In this document: positions 27,095 through 40,796 of the stretch, piece after piece | How positions within the stretch are numbered: the first letter of the stretch is position 1 | Layout of the letters: every line of letters begins with the position of its first letter | Assembly (NCBI RefSeq): GCF_963921235.1 | Contig: NC_086097.1 | Span: 50,656,001 to 50,720,000 of the forward strand | DNA from: Mobula hypostoma | Lineage: Eukaryota | DNA length: 64,000 nt | Direction: 5' to 3' | Position numbers and translations under genes: made by a program | The notes under the pieces: model-generated | Told to the model about the DNA's origin: nothing | Seen by the model: only the letters and a program-made list of their open reading frames with translations | Databases searched by the model: none

Positions 27095-28425
27095 TGCAGA
27101 CCCCAGTCAGTTCACATTGGCAACAACATCTCCTCCATGGTTTCCATCAGCACAGGTGCCTCACAAGGCTGTGCGCTTTGCTCCCTGTTCTACTTGCTTA
27201 TGAATGTGTGGCTAAGCACAGCTCCAATGACATATTCAAGATTGCTGGTGACACCACTGTCGTTGGCCAAATCAAAGGTGGTGATGAATCAGCACATAGG
27301 AGGGAGATGAAAAATCTGTCTGAGTGGTGCCACAACAACAGCTCTCAGTCAATGTCAGCAAGACCAAGTAGCTATTATTGACTTCAGGAGAAGGAAACCA
27401 GAGGTCCATGAGCCAGTTCTCATGGAAGGATCTGTCCTGGGCCCAGCACGCAAGTACAATTAAGAAGAAAGCACAGAAGTGCCTCTACTTCCTTAGGAGT
27501 TTGCGAAGATCCAGCATGACATTTAAAATTTTGGCAAACTTCTACAGATGTGTAGTGGAGAGTATATTAACAGGCTGCACCACAGCCTGGTAGGAAAAAA
27601 ATCAATGCCCTTAAACTGAAAATTTGACAAAAAAAATAAATGGAGGTAAAGTCCTCCCCACCATTGACAGCATCTACATGAAGCGCAGTCGCAGGAAAGC
27701 AGCATCCATCATCAGGGACCCCCTCCACCCAGGACATGCTCTCTTCACGAAGGTGGTACAGGGGCCTCAGGACCCAAACCACCAGGTTCAGAGACAGTTA
27801 TTATCCCTCAGCCATCAGGCTCTTGAACAAAGTGGTTAACTTCACTTGCCACATCACTGGAATGTTCCCACAACCAGTGGACTCGCTTTCAAGGGCTCTT
27901 CATCGCATGCTCTCAATATTTATAGCTTATTTATTTATTTATTTATTACTAAATCTTTCTTTTTGTATCTGCAGTCTTTTTCTACACTGGTTGAATGCCC
28001 AAGTTGGTGCGGTCTTTCATTCATTCTGTTATGGTTATTATTCTATGGATTTATTGAGTAGGCCTGCAAGAAAATGAATCTCAGGGGTGTATTTGGTGAC
28101 ATATATAAAAAAGGAAGGTACGTCACATCCGGAGTTTCTCCGGTTAGCGGACGATTTCCCGCCACGCCTCTCTGACGTAGTGGGGTACCGCGTATGAGGC
28201 AAGTTACAGCAGTGGTTTGCCATTGCCTTCTGCCAAGTGAGTTTCTAAAGAGATCACCAGCTCGTAACCCAGCACAGATGGAAAGTGTGCAGAGGAGCCG
28301 GCTGGCTGGATTCAAACCCAGGACCTTTCATCCTGAAGTCCAACGCTGATGCCACTACGCCACCAGCTGGGTCAGTGGCATATATATATACATACTTTGA
28401 TAATAAATTTACTTTGAACTTGGAT
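27095..28425 (+). mobile_element. Degenerate Rex-Babar-type LINE 3' portion (SINE inserted in its 3' UTR)
   Basis: [34 protein letters not shown] and RFRDSYYPSAIRLLN fragments. Tail AATAAATTTACTTTGAACTT at ~28402-28421. Confidence 0.8.
28108..28374 (-). mobile_element. tRNA-derived SINE with an RTE-like segment
   Basis: Pol III box A TGGCGTAGTGG and box B GGTTTGAATCC on the minus strand. Internal GAAGGCAATGGCAAACCAC...CTTGCC. Flanked by GTGACATATATA (28096-28107) and GTGGCATATATA (28375-28386). Confidence 0.8.
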
Positions 28426-28827
28426 CCTGACAGTACAGAATGTAAATAACACAAAATGCTTCAATTAAACCTACAGACAGAGAAACCAAGTAATGCCATT
28501 AGATTCATTTTGCCATGTTAGTCGAGAGTCAAAGAGCCAAGACGCACAGAATAGGTTCCTTGGATCACTATGTTAATGCCAAACATCAAGAGAATTTATA
28601 TGTCATGGAAAACTTGCCACAATCAAAACCAATCCATTTGTAATAACTTAGCAGCTAATGCAGCTAAAGAATGTCAGAGTGCAAAATTAATGTTTAACAA
28701 GACTAAATACATATCCACATTACCAATACTTCATAGTGCACAAAATATTCTCAACCAGTTATTTGACAATTAAAATAAGCATTTAAGCAGTGTAATTCAG
28801 ATTTTATGTTATATTTAATGCTAATTA

Positions 28828-28989
<162 letters not shown>

Positions 28990-31900
28990 CTAAAGGGAAT
29001 GATATAAATAAACATATGCATCATAAATATAATGTCAGAATAAGTAATGAGTTTCATCACTCACCATCCATACTTCAAAATATCTTTTACTGCAGTAAAC
29101 TCCAAGATCCTCCAATATCAAAAACTAGAACAGATATTCCATAACCAGAATATTCAACTGAGAATCATTTGGAAGTTAGTGCCCATCAGTGAATTCCAAT
29201 ACAAATTCCATTGGAATAAATGCTTGGCTTGCAGTACCAATACAGAAAGCAATGTGTTAAAGTAACTAGCAAAACTCCAGTCAGCTATGCTTCTGTTTCT
29301 TGTCGAAAACTTTCACAACAATGTCTTGGCTTGGACTGCCAAGAAATTCTAGCACAGCAGTAGGGCACTGTCTCCTCTTTATGCCAAGTCTGAGTGGAAT
29401 AAATGTAGTCTGGAAAGATCAAGCACGAAGTTAAACAATTAATTTTAGAAAGTTTAGTGTCCTAGTTGGTTATGGAGCTGTGAAGACCACGTTATTCAAG
29501 GACTGACCAGGTTCTCCAGGGCAACATGCTACAAATTTCCCTGCAATGCTCCAAAAACACCAATGCATGAACAATTGCATCAACCCATGTGCTACTGATG
29601 CAGAAATAGCAACAAAGGAAATCACGTCTTGAAATCACACCTGAATATCCAAAATGAAGCAAGGCTGCTCAGAAGTGATCTTTATAGTGTTCAACTCCTG
29701 GAAAAAAAATAACTTTCCATTTTCAAACACTGAAAAAAAAGAGTAATTTCCACAACTGAATTTCAAAACAGATGCCACCTCACTGTGTGAGCCATTGACA
29801 AAAGATGCCTTTCATCAAAGAAAAATCAAACTCTTACCCAAAACTGTCCCATTTAATACACTAACAAATTCAGGTACTATTTATGAGTAAATTAATTATG
29901 TCGACCAAAAGCTTCTTGTAAACATAATGGAGAATTATTAGAAAAGTGACTTTGAATGCAATCTTGAACCAAATAATTACTTAGTCAAAAGCACTCAAAT
30001 AAACAGGATTGAAATGTATTTACTTCCCTTAACCAAGTAGATGCAGAATAGAAATAGATGTGGAAGTGCTAGTTTTTTTTTGTTATTGACTTAACATTCT
30101 GGTTAACATTTCCCAAGCCAACAAAACTTGTTAAAAATAAATACATAAATGGATGGTAGCAAATTTCAAAATCTACCAAGCACAGCAGAATCTTCATCTC
30201 CCATGGGGAACATCATCTTTCAACAAAAGTAAGCTGTACAAATGTGTCTTTTTTTTAGTTATCCATCTGTAATGAAGACCCAGGCTCATATCCTATTTTT
30301 GATTATATTTCTAAGGAAAGGTCTGTCTGCATTGACGCTGGCTGACCTGCTGAGTACTTTCAGCAAGTTCATGCAGTATCTACCTTAACTGTGTTCAGCT
30401 AACTTAGCGTTGGCTAGAGAATAAATCAGTATACAAGTGCCACAATGCTTTAGCAATCAAGTGAAGCATCAGTCACTTTATGTTTTTCAGTTTTAGTTGA
30501 CAACATTATAACTGATGTTACATTTATCATCTTCAGATACCTCTTTGACATCCAAATTATCCCTTTTGACATTACAACTGTAGTCACTATTTTAAATAAA
30601 TAATTTCAACTCAGTTCTTAACCTGTTCACTTCTTGTTTAATTCTCAAATGCCACAACCACCTTCATGATTGAATTTCTTCTCTCAAAAGGACTACTTCT
30701 AAAAGGTATTCTCAAATAAGTACTTTTATTTCCTCCCCCCAATGAATAACATTTGTATGTAAAATTTCTTCTGCTTTTTAAATCTGATAGGTTCAACTCT
30801 GCTAAATAAAACTCTTCAATGGTAATCTAAAAATTGAATATTGACAAAAGTACTGCTAAATCATTAACAATTAGACATTAAAATAAAGCAGCCAATAAAT
30901 TCTTTAGCTAATAGAAAGGCATATTAATTCAGCTATATGCAATGCATTTTCCCGAAGAGTGTGCCACTACAAAATTCCATAGCTGTAAAGTCAGAGTTAT
31001 ACAACACTGAAACAGGCCCTTCAGCCCGATTCATCTATGCCCACCTTCATCCGACTTGGCCCATATTCCTCTACTCTTTTCCTAACTGTCCACTTCTTGT
31101 TTTCATAAGTGGTGTGACTGTACCTGCCTCTACCACCTCCAGCAACCTGTTCCATATACCCAGCAACCTTTATGTGAAAGATTGGCCCTTCAGGTCTCCT
31201 TCAAATGTTTCATGACGTCTTCGCTCTTGTCCTCAATATCCCTGATTGTGCAAGTAAGCAAGGTACACAGCTTCTAACTGCCTTACCCATCTGTCTCGCT
31301 ATTTTCAGGGAGCAAAAACTTGCACTCCAGATCTCCCTGTCTGTCAACATTTCTAAAATTGCTGTCCAGCCAGTATCAGACAACCCAAAATGCAATAGCT
31401 CACTTGTCTGGATTAAATTTCAGTTTGATACTTTGAGGCCTTGAAAACCTTTAGGGTCAGATTACTAGTGATCAAGACTGAGGTAGCCATGTGAGATCAT
31501 CCCCATTATATTAGCTGACTTCCAAGTGGTGGGTGAAAAACCCTATTGTGAGATAAAACCACAGAAGTGCTCTGCCCTTGGATGCCAACCTGCATTTCTC
31601 CAAAATGCAAGTGTCACCAGATCAGAAAAATGAAAGACCCACAAAGAAAACTCTGTACTCCACATGGACAAGTTTCTGGCTCCTTATTTGATTTCCTATT
31701 TAAAATGTTTAATCTCGTAGAGCTCATACCTTTCACCCCATGACAGAATTTCTAGACCAATGAATTTCAAAACTCCCAAATTAATTAATTTGAGCTTGTT
31801 CTCAAAAATGTTAAATTAGTCTGAATTCAAAACAAATTGAATTCTATACTGACATCCGATATCAATGTAGAATCGGAGTAAGCAATTCAGAGCAAGCAGT

Positions 31901-32089
31901 CTGATGGTGTGAATATGCTCTTGGTCTCTAAGTTGCTGAGAATCCAATACAATAATCAATTAGTACAAGCTTACTTCTGCAGACCAAGTTACACAGAATT
32001 ACTTATGTAAGATAATTCAAACAGGCAGCCAAAAATATGATCAACTGCAGCAATTGACTTAATAGGAAATACTCAAGGATTGATTAAAT

Positions 32090-33805
32090 GCAATATAGGA
32101 TTGGAAAATGTAGAATCCTTGAGGGTAGGTAACAAAATTCAAGGATAAAAAGCAGATGGGAATTGTATACAGGCCTCTAAGTAGTAGCATGATGTGGCCT
32201 AAAAATTACAATGGAGACAGAATGGCATGTAAAAAGCGCAATGTAACAATAGTCATGGGGGATTTCAACATGCAGGTAGATTGGGAAAAATCAGGGTGGT
32301 GTTGGATCCCAAGGGAGGGAATTTGTAGAATACCCATGAGATGGCTTTTTAACAGCAGCTTGTGGTTGAGTCCACTTAGGGAAAGGCAGTTCAGGACTAG
32401 GTGTTGTGTAATGAACCAGATTTGATTAGCAAGATTAAGATAAAGGAGGCAGTGATCATACTCTTTAAGAAGGTAGAGTGGCAAAAGACAAGAAATTATA
32501 GGCCTGGTAGCTTGACCTCAGAAGATGCTGGAATCCATTATTAAGGAGGTGGCTTCTGGATACTCGCAGGCACGAGCTGAAATAGGCCAAAGTCAGCATT
32601 GCCTTCTGAAGGGGAAATCTTGCCAGACAAATCTGTTGGAATTCTTTAATGAAATACAGGCACGATATACAAAGAAACCATATGGGGCTGCTTAACAAGA
32701 TAAGAGTCCATGGTATTACAGGAAAGATACTAGAAATGGATAGAAGATTGGCTGACGGGCAGGAGGCAAAGAGTATGAATAAAGGGGCCTTTTCTGGTCG
32801 GTTGGTGGTGACTAGCGGTGTTAAGCAGGGGACGGTGTCGGGACAGCTTCTTTTCAGGTTATATATCAATGATTTGTGTGATGTAATTGATGGCATTGCG
32901 GCCAAGTTTGAAGATGATATGAAGATAGGTGGAAAGACAAGTGATGTTGAAGGAGCAGGGAGTCTGCAAAAGGACTTAAGACAGATTGGGAGAATGGGCA
33001 AAGAAGTTACAGCTGGAATATAGTATAGGGATGTGTATGGTCATGCATATTGGTAGAAGGAATAAAGGTATGGACGATTTTCTGAACAGGGGAAAATTCA
33101 AAAATCAGAGGTGCAAAGGTATTTGGGAGTCCTTGTGCAGGATTCCCTGATGGTTAACTTACACATTGAGTCAGTGGTAAGGAAGGAAAATGCAATGTTA
33201 GCATTTGGACTAGAATACAGAAGCAAGGATATATTGCTGAGGCTCTATAAGGCATTGGTCAGACCACCTTGGAGTATTGAGTATCTTTGGGCCCCTCATC
33301 TAAGATGTCCTGACATTGGAGAGAATCCAGAGGAGGCTAATGAAAATGATTCTGGGAATGGAAAGGTTAATGTATGAGGAGTGTTTGATGGCTCTGGACC
33401 TCTACTCATTGGAATTTAGAAGAATGAGGGAGGGATCTTTTTAAAACCTATCGAATATTGAAAAACCTAGATAGGGTGAATGTGGAGCAGATGTTTCCTA
33501 TAGTGGATGAATCTAAGACCATGGGGCACAGCCTCAGACTAGAGGGATGTCCATTTTGAAGAGAGATGAGGAAGAATTGTTTTAGCCAGAGTGTGGTGAA
33601 TCTGTGCAATTCATTTCCACAGGCAGTTGCGGAGGCCAAGTGATTGAGTATACCTAAAGTGGGGCCTGATATGTTCTTGATTAGTAAAAGGGCATCAAAA
33701 GTTTGGGGAGAAGGCAGGAGAGGGAAAATAAATCAGCCATGACGGAATGGCAAAGGAGACTCAATGGACTGAATGGCCTAATTCAGCTCCAATGTCTTAT
33801 ATGTC
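32090..33805 (+). mobile_element. CR1-clade LINE, internally deleted and frameshifted
   Basis: GIVYRP...VMGDFN, VTSGVKQGTVSG..LF..YINDL and LYKALVRP fragments in ORFs 32156, 32649 and 33111. CR1 3' UTR at ~33730-33805. Confidence 0.85.
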
Positions 33806-34156
33806 ATTGCCTTAGTCTATTCACAAATTGTAACGGTATGCAGTCATTATCAGCATATAGAAACTGGAGGATTAGATTTTACATTGGCAGTTACATGGCA
33901 ATAGACTCAAGTTTAAACTTAGCCATTTAAGTCTTGCCGTAAATAAGAAAACTACTGGCCTATTTCTGAACCAGCTTAATGTGTTTCATGTATCAGTTTT
34001 CTCACTCATCTCAAAACAGTTCCCTTGTTATTTACTGCACATATTATACTAACGTCTCATCAATGCTGATGATAAATTTAAATGGTGCTGAACATAAACA
34101 ATATTAATAGGTGTCATTTATTTTTATCCTCTGAAAGAATAGTACTTAACTCTTAC

Positions 34157-34282
34157 CCCAACATCTTGAACAGTACGTGGTTGTGCAACACACAGCATAT
34201 TTAATAACTGAAGTATCAATTCTTCTATGTAATAAAGGGCATCTTCCTTTGCTGAGAGGGTTGGATGTACCTGCCTCTGGAC
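34157..34282 (-). CDS. SOS2: SOS2 coding exon 2 (histone-fold domain), 126 nt
   Basis: Minus strand ...TTTCATGGTGCAG|GTC...GTTGGG|GTAAGA. Translates [42 protein letters not shown], matching vertebrate SOS2 as recalled. Not in the ORF track. Confidence 0.95.
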
Positions 34283-35999
34283 CTGCACCATGAAACAAAA
34301 TTATAAAACATTTCAATTAATAAATTATAAATATTTTGTCCAGTAATAAATTTAGAGAAAACAATTTTAATCCCCATCCCTCCCATGGGACCTTCAAACC
34401 ATTTGTTCCTGAGGACAGGAAGTTTCCGGCCCCCTTCTACTTAGCAAATTAAGACCACTTGCTGGTGTGGGAGGCAAACAAGTCCAACACAAGGCAAATC
34501 TTCCATTTCTCTGTCAACCATGTTATATTTGGCAAATCTTAAGTAAAAGAAAGTGACACACTAGAGGAAGTAATCCATGCCACGGGTGGCCTAAACAAAC
34601 TGGTATTCATTGGAAACTGCTAATAGGTAGGGTGGTAAACAAAAAAACCCTTAATTTCAAAATAGAAACCTTATAAAAACAGAGGAAAATCTAGCTAGCT
34701 TTTCCTCTAGTCTGCCATACTAAAACCAAGACTCCTAAAACACACTACGTCAGACCTAAAGACAACAAAGCCACAAGATTTAATGAATCATATAGCCCTT
34801 TCGTCCCACCTGACCCGAACTAACCCTGATGCCGGTCTAAATAAATCCCATTTGCCTGCATCACTCAATATCTTTCCTATCTAAATATCTGCTCAATTTA
34901 AATCTGTGTGATTAATGTTTTTATAAAAGGTGGGGTAGGAGAAGGGTGTTTGGGGGGGTAGGCAAAAATAAGCTATTGGGATAAAACTCAAGTTTTCAGC
35001 ATGCCCACAAACTGGAATCGGCAAGTCAAACAAACGCTGGGAAACAATAAAAGCTCCAATTTTTAAAATCCTCCAGAAACTTGGTAAGCACAAAAATGAT
35101 CAAACTCATTAATTGGCCCTAACAGGTAGCTGGACAGGAGAAGTACATCACTTCTTATCACAAACTAATCCTGGATAGCCAGGAAATGTAATCACTCTTC
35201 AGCACCTGCATTATGAAAAAAACAAGCAAACGTAGACATAATTAAGTTATAATTATACACCTGCGGAGTCAGATATGCAAATGTACTATCTTAGAAATGT
35301 CCATGAGATTAAAGGTGCAAATATTTAAATCAACCAACGTGGAGCTTTTAACCAAGTGCACAAGAACAAATAATACCTCTTCAAATTACTGTTTGTTAAC
35401 TCATAACAAGGGAAAATCATGTATCCACACCCACCACATAATTTCTTAGACACATGGATTTAAATAACAAGAGCTGCCAATTAATACTGTCAGTTATCTA
35501 ACCTAACTCTCCAACTACTCTTGCCACAATTATAGACATCTCAGCCAGTGATTTTAACTAATTAATAACACAGCACCGAAGTGCCATTTTAAGCATTGAT
35601 TGTCAGTGTGTATTTATATAGCAAAGTTTGTATTTAAATGCTATGATTTTGATGTTTCTGAACAACTTTTAGTTCATGACTTTTCATATGTTAGAATTTG
35701 ATAAACAGTGATTAATTCATTGAACAGTTTGTACATACACTAATGACAACCTGCTGATAACGGGGGGAGAAAAATCAAAACTGGGTATTTGGCAAATCAG
35801 TTTGTGTCATTCATTCCCAGACGTAGGCAAGATATTACATATTGATGGCAGGTTGAAGTTTTATGTTTAGCAATTACGAATGTATTTGGTGTTTTTGATA
35901 CAATTTCTTAGAGCTACAAACCTAGGGTCATTGTTATGCAGAGGAGGCTGACAGGGAGTTAATGGAACTAGCTGAGAACAACGATAAGAGTCAAAATCA

Positions 36000-36420
36000 G
36001 AGTCATAAAGAACCACAGGCAGAAACAGGCCCTCTGGCCCATCTATTCATTGCTGAACTGTTATTCTACCTAGTCCCATTGACCCACACCCAAACCACAG
36101 CCCTCCATACTTCTTTCTTCCATGTGCTGATCGAAATTTATCTTGAATGGTGAAATCAAACCTGCATTCACCACTTCTGTTGGCAGTTCATTATACACAC
36201 TCACTCTCTGAGTGAAGAAATTCCTCCTCAGGTTCCCTGAAACATTTCACCTTTAACCCATGACCTCAGATCTAGCCTTACCGACACTTAGTGGAAAAAG
36301 TCTGCATGCATTTACCCTATCTGTACCCCTCATACTTTTGTATACTTCTGTGAAATCTCCCCTCATTCTCTTACACTCAAGGAAATAAAGCCCTAACCTA
36401 TTCAATCTTTCCCTATAATT
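36000..36420 (-). mobile_element. CR1-clade LINE 3' fragment
   Basis: YRERLNRLGLY.LE.KRMRGD.TEVYK in ORF 36253..36441. Confidence 0.75.
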
Positions 36421-37217
36421 TGCGCAATTAATGTTCGGCAAAACAACTTCACAGAAGGGAAAAACTAATGGAGCAACTTCTGTGTTGTGTTACTTAGAGT
36501 GAAAAGACTCAAGTCTATTGCCAAAAATATGCAAGATAACTGCCAAGAACACAAACATTTAGCAGGGGAATCAGCTAGATGAGAAACAAATCTTCAAAAT
36601 TCTTTTTTAGAACAACCAGATACATACTTCATAGGGGCCAAATGATTCTGGATTAGCTCAGAAGATAATCTAAAATGGCAGCTCATATTACTGAAGAAAG
36701 CCATGCAGAAAAGAGTGCAGCTATTTTCAAATTATGACAGTGTCAAGAGTCACAAAATGGTAATTCCGTACTCAGGTACAAAATAATCATGGAAATATGG
36801 ATATCAGAAATAAACAAGACAAAAATAATTAACTTTTATTAACTAGAATTCTGAACCACTTTAACAGATGCCATGATTTAATGACACAGCATGATCAGCC
36901 AAAACTATTATATTGTACATAAAATGACATTTCAGGACAACAGGAATGTCATGCAGATCTCACGTTTATTTCTTAATTGGGCAGGGGGTGGGAAGAAACA
37001 AATTCCAAAGCCCCATTACATCAACGTGCAGCACTTGACGACATCACAAGATAAATTTAAAGCACCTTTCTGTTTTTTTTAAAATAGAAATCTTTGCAAG
37101 ATAAAACAGTGTGGAAAAAAATTATCAAGCATTAGCAAATGAAAGCATCTCCATTTGATTTTCAGCTTGATGTGCAAGTGTGTCTCTCTCCCTTAAATGC
37201 ACAGCAAGGAGCAATAC

Positions 37218-37352
37218 GTTTGAAGAAAGGTCTTGGCCCGAAACGTCGAATGTTAACTCTTTTCCATAGGTGCTGCCTGACCTGCCAAGTTCCTCCAGCA
37301 TTTTGCGTGTGTTGCCTTGGATTTCCAGCATCTGTAGATTTTCTTGTGTTTG
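37218..37352 (+). mobile_element. Penelope-like terminal repeat with partial hammerhead
   Basis: TTGAAGA-AAGGTCTTGGCCC-GAAA-CGTC, followed by the family tail TGCTGCCTGACCTGC...CCAGCATTTTG...TTTCCAGCATCTG. Confidence 0.7.
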
Positions 37353-39799
37353 CATCTACTTTATCTGCATGTTCAGATATTTAAGTCACCACTGTATTTT
37401 AATCTATAACTAGAAGAACTCCTTCTAATATCTTCAATTACCCCTTATCAAACATATGATTTGTCAGTTGTGTGTCCAGTAATATCCTCAACACTTGTGC
37501 AGCAATGCTGAACTTAAGAGACAATGATTAAAATCATGAGTTTGCCCAAAGACTTGGTCGTCACGAAAAGTGAAGGTTGGATATGTATATGCCTTGTTCC
37601 ATTCAGAACTTACTTAACAAGTCATATTGACAACACCGACCTCACCCTATGCACCAGTGTTGAACTGCCAGTTTCAAATTCCCATCAAGTATAAAGTGGA
37701 ACAATGGTGCTCAAACCATGATAAAACTGTATGCCAAATTGCCAATGTCATATGCACCATGAATGCAGCTGCACTTTCGGTATGTGACAATTACACTGCA
37801 AAAGTGTACGAGATGCCAACAGCTTGAAGTGAGTCAGCATGTTTTATATGATGACCCAGCCATCTTCTTAAGGTAATTGGGCACCTTTGTCACCTTTCTC
37901 AAATTTAATGATGGTTATATCCAGTATAATGCTACAACCAGTTAAGTGCAGCAGCTTTTGTCTCGGCCTCTGCAGTGAGATCTCAAACAGTGCTGGCATC
38001 GTGTGGGTGGTAATGAGTTAAACTCAGGAGACCTCCCTTCTGACAACTTGGCTAGAGTGGCCACATCCTGCAGCTTTTAGCCATCTTGGCAATGATAGGG
38101 TTGATGATGTATTCCAGCCCAGAGAAGCACCTGGCTCGAAATCCACTGTGAATGCCATCAAAGCAGATGGATTTCCTTGGAGGATGCTGCACGATAAATG
38201 CTAGAGGGCATTGGTTTAGGGCGAGAGGGATAAAGATTTAAAAACAGCTCCGAGGGGCAACTTTATCCCATGCAGAGCATGGCAAGTGCATGAAATGAGC
38301 TGCTAGAGGAAGTGGCTGAATCAGATGCAAGAGACACAAGGTTAAGAAGCATTTGGATAGGTACATGAAGTAGAGAGATATGGGCCAAACATAGAAAGCT
38401 GGGACTAACTGAGTGAACCAAAGGGCCTGTAACCATGTTGTATTGTTCTGTGACTGTACAATCTCAGCTCAAGTCCAGTTTTGTGAGGAAATCTCTTGGT
38501 CAATCTTCTCAACACATTGAACTATCCATGGCAGAGGTGGTCCTTCTAAGTGAGGCAATAACACTGAATAAGAACCTAAATAAGTCAGCACTTAGGCAAG
38601 AGGAAGTCTGGAATGTTTGCTAGAGTGTTGGAGAAGGTAGTGCTGGAGATGCAGAGTAGTTGAGGCAAATGACAAGGAGATAGAGGGCCTTAGTAACGTG
38701 ATGTGCACATTCAGAAAAGCACATGCTGTTATAGAGAATCAGCATTAATCCAAAGAAACCAAGATAATTGTATACAACTACACTATGAAATGGTAAATGG
38801 GAATATGATAAATGGGAAGTCCAGAGTTTCTTTTGAACAACAGCAAAGGCAGAGCACACAAAAAAAATCAGGGAAATTCATTCACAAGAGATCTTTACTC
38901 ATTTTTAAAATCACATGATAACTTTCCTGGACCTTAAATTTTTTTTTAAAATTCAAAACCATTGCCATTCATTAACACAGCATGGAACCTGTGCAAAACT
39001 ATAACATATGTAAACTTCCTTAACTTATGCCAGTTTTGAATAAACTGGAAAAATTAAGACTAGAATTTTAAACACATCAAAAGCATGGACTGGATCCTGT
39101 TAATCCCCTCCCCCGTTTCTCTTGAGATCCAAAATAAATAAATTTCCAATATCTTTGAATGGAAACTGAAAACACCTCAACAACCTGCATAATAAAAGGA
39201 GTAAATTATGAAACTGCATTTTCTTCTCTCAAACAGTTCCCAAATGTACACAGACATCACTGATGAAATGACAGTTGTACACCATTAGGAAATTCTGAGC
39301 CACTGAGTTCAGGCTGATGGTCGAGATAAAAGCCATAGGTTCACTGGAATTTATCTAGAAACTGCCCATTTTTTAAAAAATGGACATTGTCATTAAGAAA
39401 CAGCACACTCTGGATGCCAAGACTTAGGAATAGTCACCGTGCAGAAATGAGGAAAGGTTAACATTTCATTTCACAAGATAGACTACATCAAGAGAATTTT
39501 AAAATTAAAAACTAACAATTCAATTTTGTTAACCTTCTTCAAAAAGAGCACTGGAACGGGGCCAAGTACAGAGCGACTGGGACAAATGAGCAACATGTTG
39601 TTTCATAAGAGGAAAACTCTAAATAAATTTACACTACATGAAATCAAATATTAGGGATTGACTAAATACATCCAAGAATCCTGAGTCTAGAAGTTTCAGG
39701 ATATTGACAGAGATATTAAAGGAATACAGAATGAGATATCCATTTAAACAGTCTAATCAGGGCACTGACCAAGTGACTTACCATCTGCAATTGGAAAAA

Positions 39800-40303
39800 T
39801 TATCAGAATCACGTTTCATTATCATTGACATGTTAAATATATTGCTTTTGTGGTAACACTACTGTGCAACACCATAAATAAGTAAGTGCAAAAGAGAAAT
39901 GGTAAGGTTGAATTCATGGGCCATTCATAAATCTAATGGTAGAAGAAGCTGCTCCTAAAACATTGAGTGTGTGTCATCAAGCTCCCGTACCTCCTCCCCA
40001 ATAGTACTAAGAAGGCATGACCCAGATGGCGAGGATCCTTAATGCCATCTTCTTCAGACACCACCTTTTGGAAATGTACTCAATTCTGCATCCATGGAGC
40101 TGGCTGAGCCTACAATCCTCTGCAATATGTCAGATCCAAGATAGATTCTAAGATGTTCCACACCCAAGAACTTGAAGTTGCCCAGCCTTTCCACTGAACT
40201 CTCAATGAGAACTGTTGTGTGTTCTCCCAACTTCCCCTTACTAAAGTCTACAAACAGTTCCACACTCTTGCTGACATTGAGTGCAAGGTTATTGCAACAC
40301 CAC
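39800..40303 (-). mobile_element. Degenerate Rex-Babar-type LINE fragment (host of the MITE)
   Basis: WCCNNLALNVSKSVELFVDFSK...NFKFLGV in ORF 40054..40374. Confidence 0.7.
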
Positions 40304-40753
40304 CAGTGGTGCAGTGCTAACTGGAGCACATCCAGCACATCTTTAAGAAAAAAGCCAAAATAATTAGGTGCCACCCAGGGTGATTTGAGTATCTCAGAAA
40401 CTGCTGATCTCCTGGGGTTTATTTTTTATTTATTTATTTATTTAAACGCACAATGGACTCTGGAGTTTACAAAGAATGGTGCCTGTCACGGACCCCGTGA
40501 TGGGGATAAAGAACCAGCAGAAATAGAACCCACTTTGGAGTCCCGTATTGCTATAAACTACTAATATTTATTAGTAACTACGCAATACAGTAAAATAAAT
40601 GTAGATAAATCAAACAGGTTAGCAATGATTATATATAAAACTAAGTGTGGAATATATATGTATGAAAAACCAAGCTTCTTTAAGTCTAGGGGTAAAAAGA
40701 CACAGTCTTATGACGTTGCATAAAGTTCAGTTCAGGGTATTTAGTTGGGGGGG

Positions 40754-40796
<43 letters not shown>

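Noticed and set aside
28300..28367. tRNA gene candidate
   Set aside because: Boxes A and B are present, but there is no convincing cloverleaf and it continues into a SINE body with a TSD.
37850..38210. GC-richer segment (also ~3875-4222) resembling an RTE-type 5' UTR, possibly with an HDV-like ribozyme
   Set aside because: I could not build the nested double pseudoknot by eye or assign a family; it needs a covariance-model search.
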